A DNA stretch of 64,000 nucleotides from positions 196,664,001 to 196,728,000 of the forward strand of contig NC_042998.1 in NCBI RefSeq assembly GCF_006345805.1, written 5' to 3'. The translations under genes and the position numbers were made by a program. Below, piece after piece: positions 62,871 to 64,000 of the stretch (position 1 is the first letter of the stretch; every line of letters begins with the position of its first letter). The notes below the pieces were generated by a model. The model saw only the letters and a list, made by a program, of their open reading frames with translations, searched no databases and was not told the DNA's origin. The stretch comes from Octopus sinensis (Eukaryota).

Positions 62871-64000
62871 ATTGCATATGATACACAAGATTTATTTCCC
62901 TGGTGTCCATGCATCATAAACGATACATACTCTCTCCTTTTTTCTTTCATCAACCACCAGCATGACCTGGGACTTATGAAAGGAAAGCTTAATGTAACTC
63001 AGAACGTATGAAACAAGGGCTAGATGAAAAATTTGAAAACAAGCATCGATATTTTTGGCAACCATAAGAAAATGCTTTGGAAGGCAAAGGGTTTAAACAA
63101 GAACAAGACAACGTTTTCTAATCGTTTCATCCTCGAGGAAGCCTTAAAATACATTCCATGCAGTGACGGCTCGTGTACAGGTACAGCGGGACTGCAGCAA
63201 CCCTTATTTCCACTCGATATTTTCGATAACATTCAATATAATGAGTCCTTTTTTCTTTAATTCTTTCTTTATATTTGTACATTATATAATCCTTAAGCTT
63301 AACGTCAGTAGCTATTCCCTAGTTTATGAAGAAAATACAGAAATCCTTGTATAGAACTGTCCGCTTCACAGTTTCAGCGACGCGGTGTTTGCCTGTTGTG
63401 AACATGCTCTATGTCCGAGATAGGAAGCTTCACGCTAGGGAGAGAGAGCACTGTTGTTCACGCAGTGCCGGTGAAAGGTAGTGTTTGTTTTTTAGTCCGC
63501 GTGTGTTGTGCTTAAAAACGTGTTTATATTCTTGAAGGTGATGAATAGATTATTATCCTGCTTCCAGCTTCAGTGTTGCTGCCAGTATTTGAAAAATAGG
63601 GCAGATCTTCCCCACATATTTTGTGATTTAGGGGAGAATTTTGAAAAACAATGGGGGAATTCGCGGCGGTGTTCAGTAAACAAATTAAACACACTACCCC
63701 GTAGATGCTAAAACGCGAACTGATCAAGTCAATATCTATAAAGCTGAAATGCGAAAAAGTTGTTTGTCTTATTTTCGGACGGGAACGGTTAAGGGGCGGT
63801 AGATGGGGTCGGATTTGCGCCAAAATTTACAGGGACATGTAAAAATAGGCGAGGAAGCAACTGGACTAGGTTAGAAACCCCCATCTCAAAAGCTGTGGTT
63901 ACTAGGGCAACAAAACCCAAACTAGACAAATGTTTGTCGTTTCTCACTTTTTGATATCACACTGTCTTCCTCGATCTCTCTCTTTCCTTCCTTCCCTCTA

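Overview
Eukaryotic, AT-rich, repeat-dense genomic window. The SINE/LINE types and long (TA)n tracts look like an octopod cephalopod genome (inference, no database search). One protein-coding gene can be rebuilt end to end: a + strand FAM76-family gene with 9 coding exons (8127-44174, 1596 nt, 531 aa). All introns are GT-AG, the frame is continuous, and exon 5 is greatly expanded. The rest is mostly mobile DNA: RTE, CR1/L2 and R4-like LINE fragments; a dominant (GAT)n-tailed repeat that is traceable to an RTE 3' UTR; three tRNA-derived SINE families; non-autonomous Helitrons; and hAT, piggyBac-like, mariner-like and Merlin-type MITEs, plus a Merlin transposase relic. The most notable hidden signal is a family of ORF-less, strongly self-complementary elements carrying minimal type-I hammerhead ribozyme motifs with palindromic stem III (Penelope/retrozyme-like). 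These lie at 25683-25725 and 32776-32820, with a half motif at 50551-50567. Other highlights: head-plus-multibody SINE arrays, a transposed MITE dimer, very long target-site duplications, and an orphan E2F/NF-Y/E-box promoter at about 58.1-58.3 kb. Repeat end coordinates are approximate unless a TSD is quoted.
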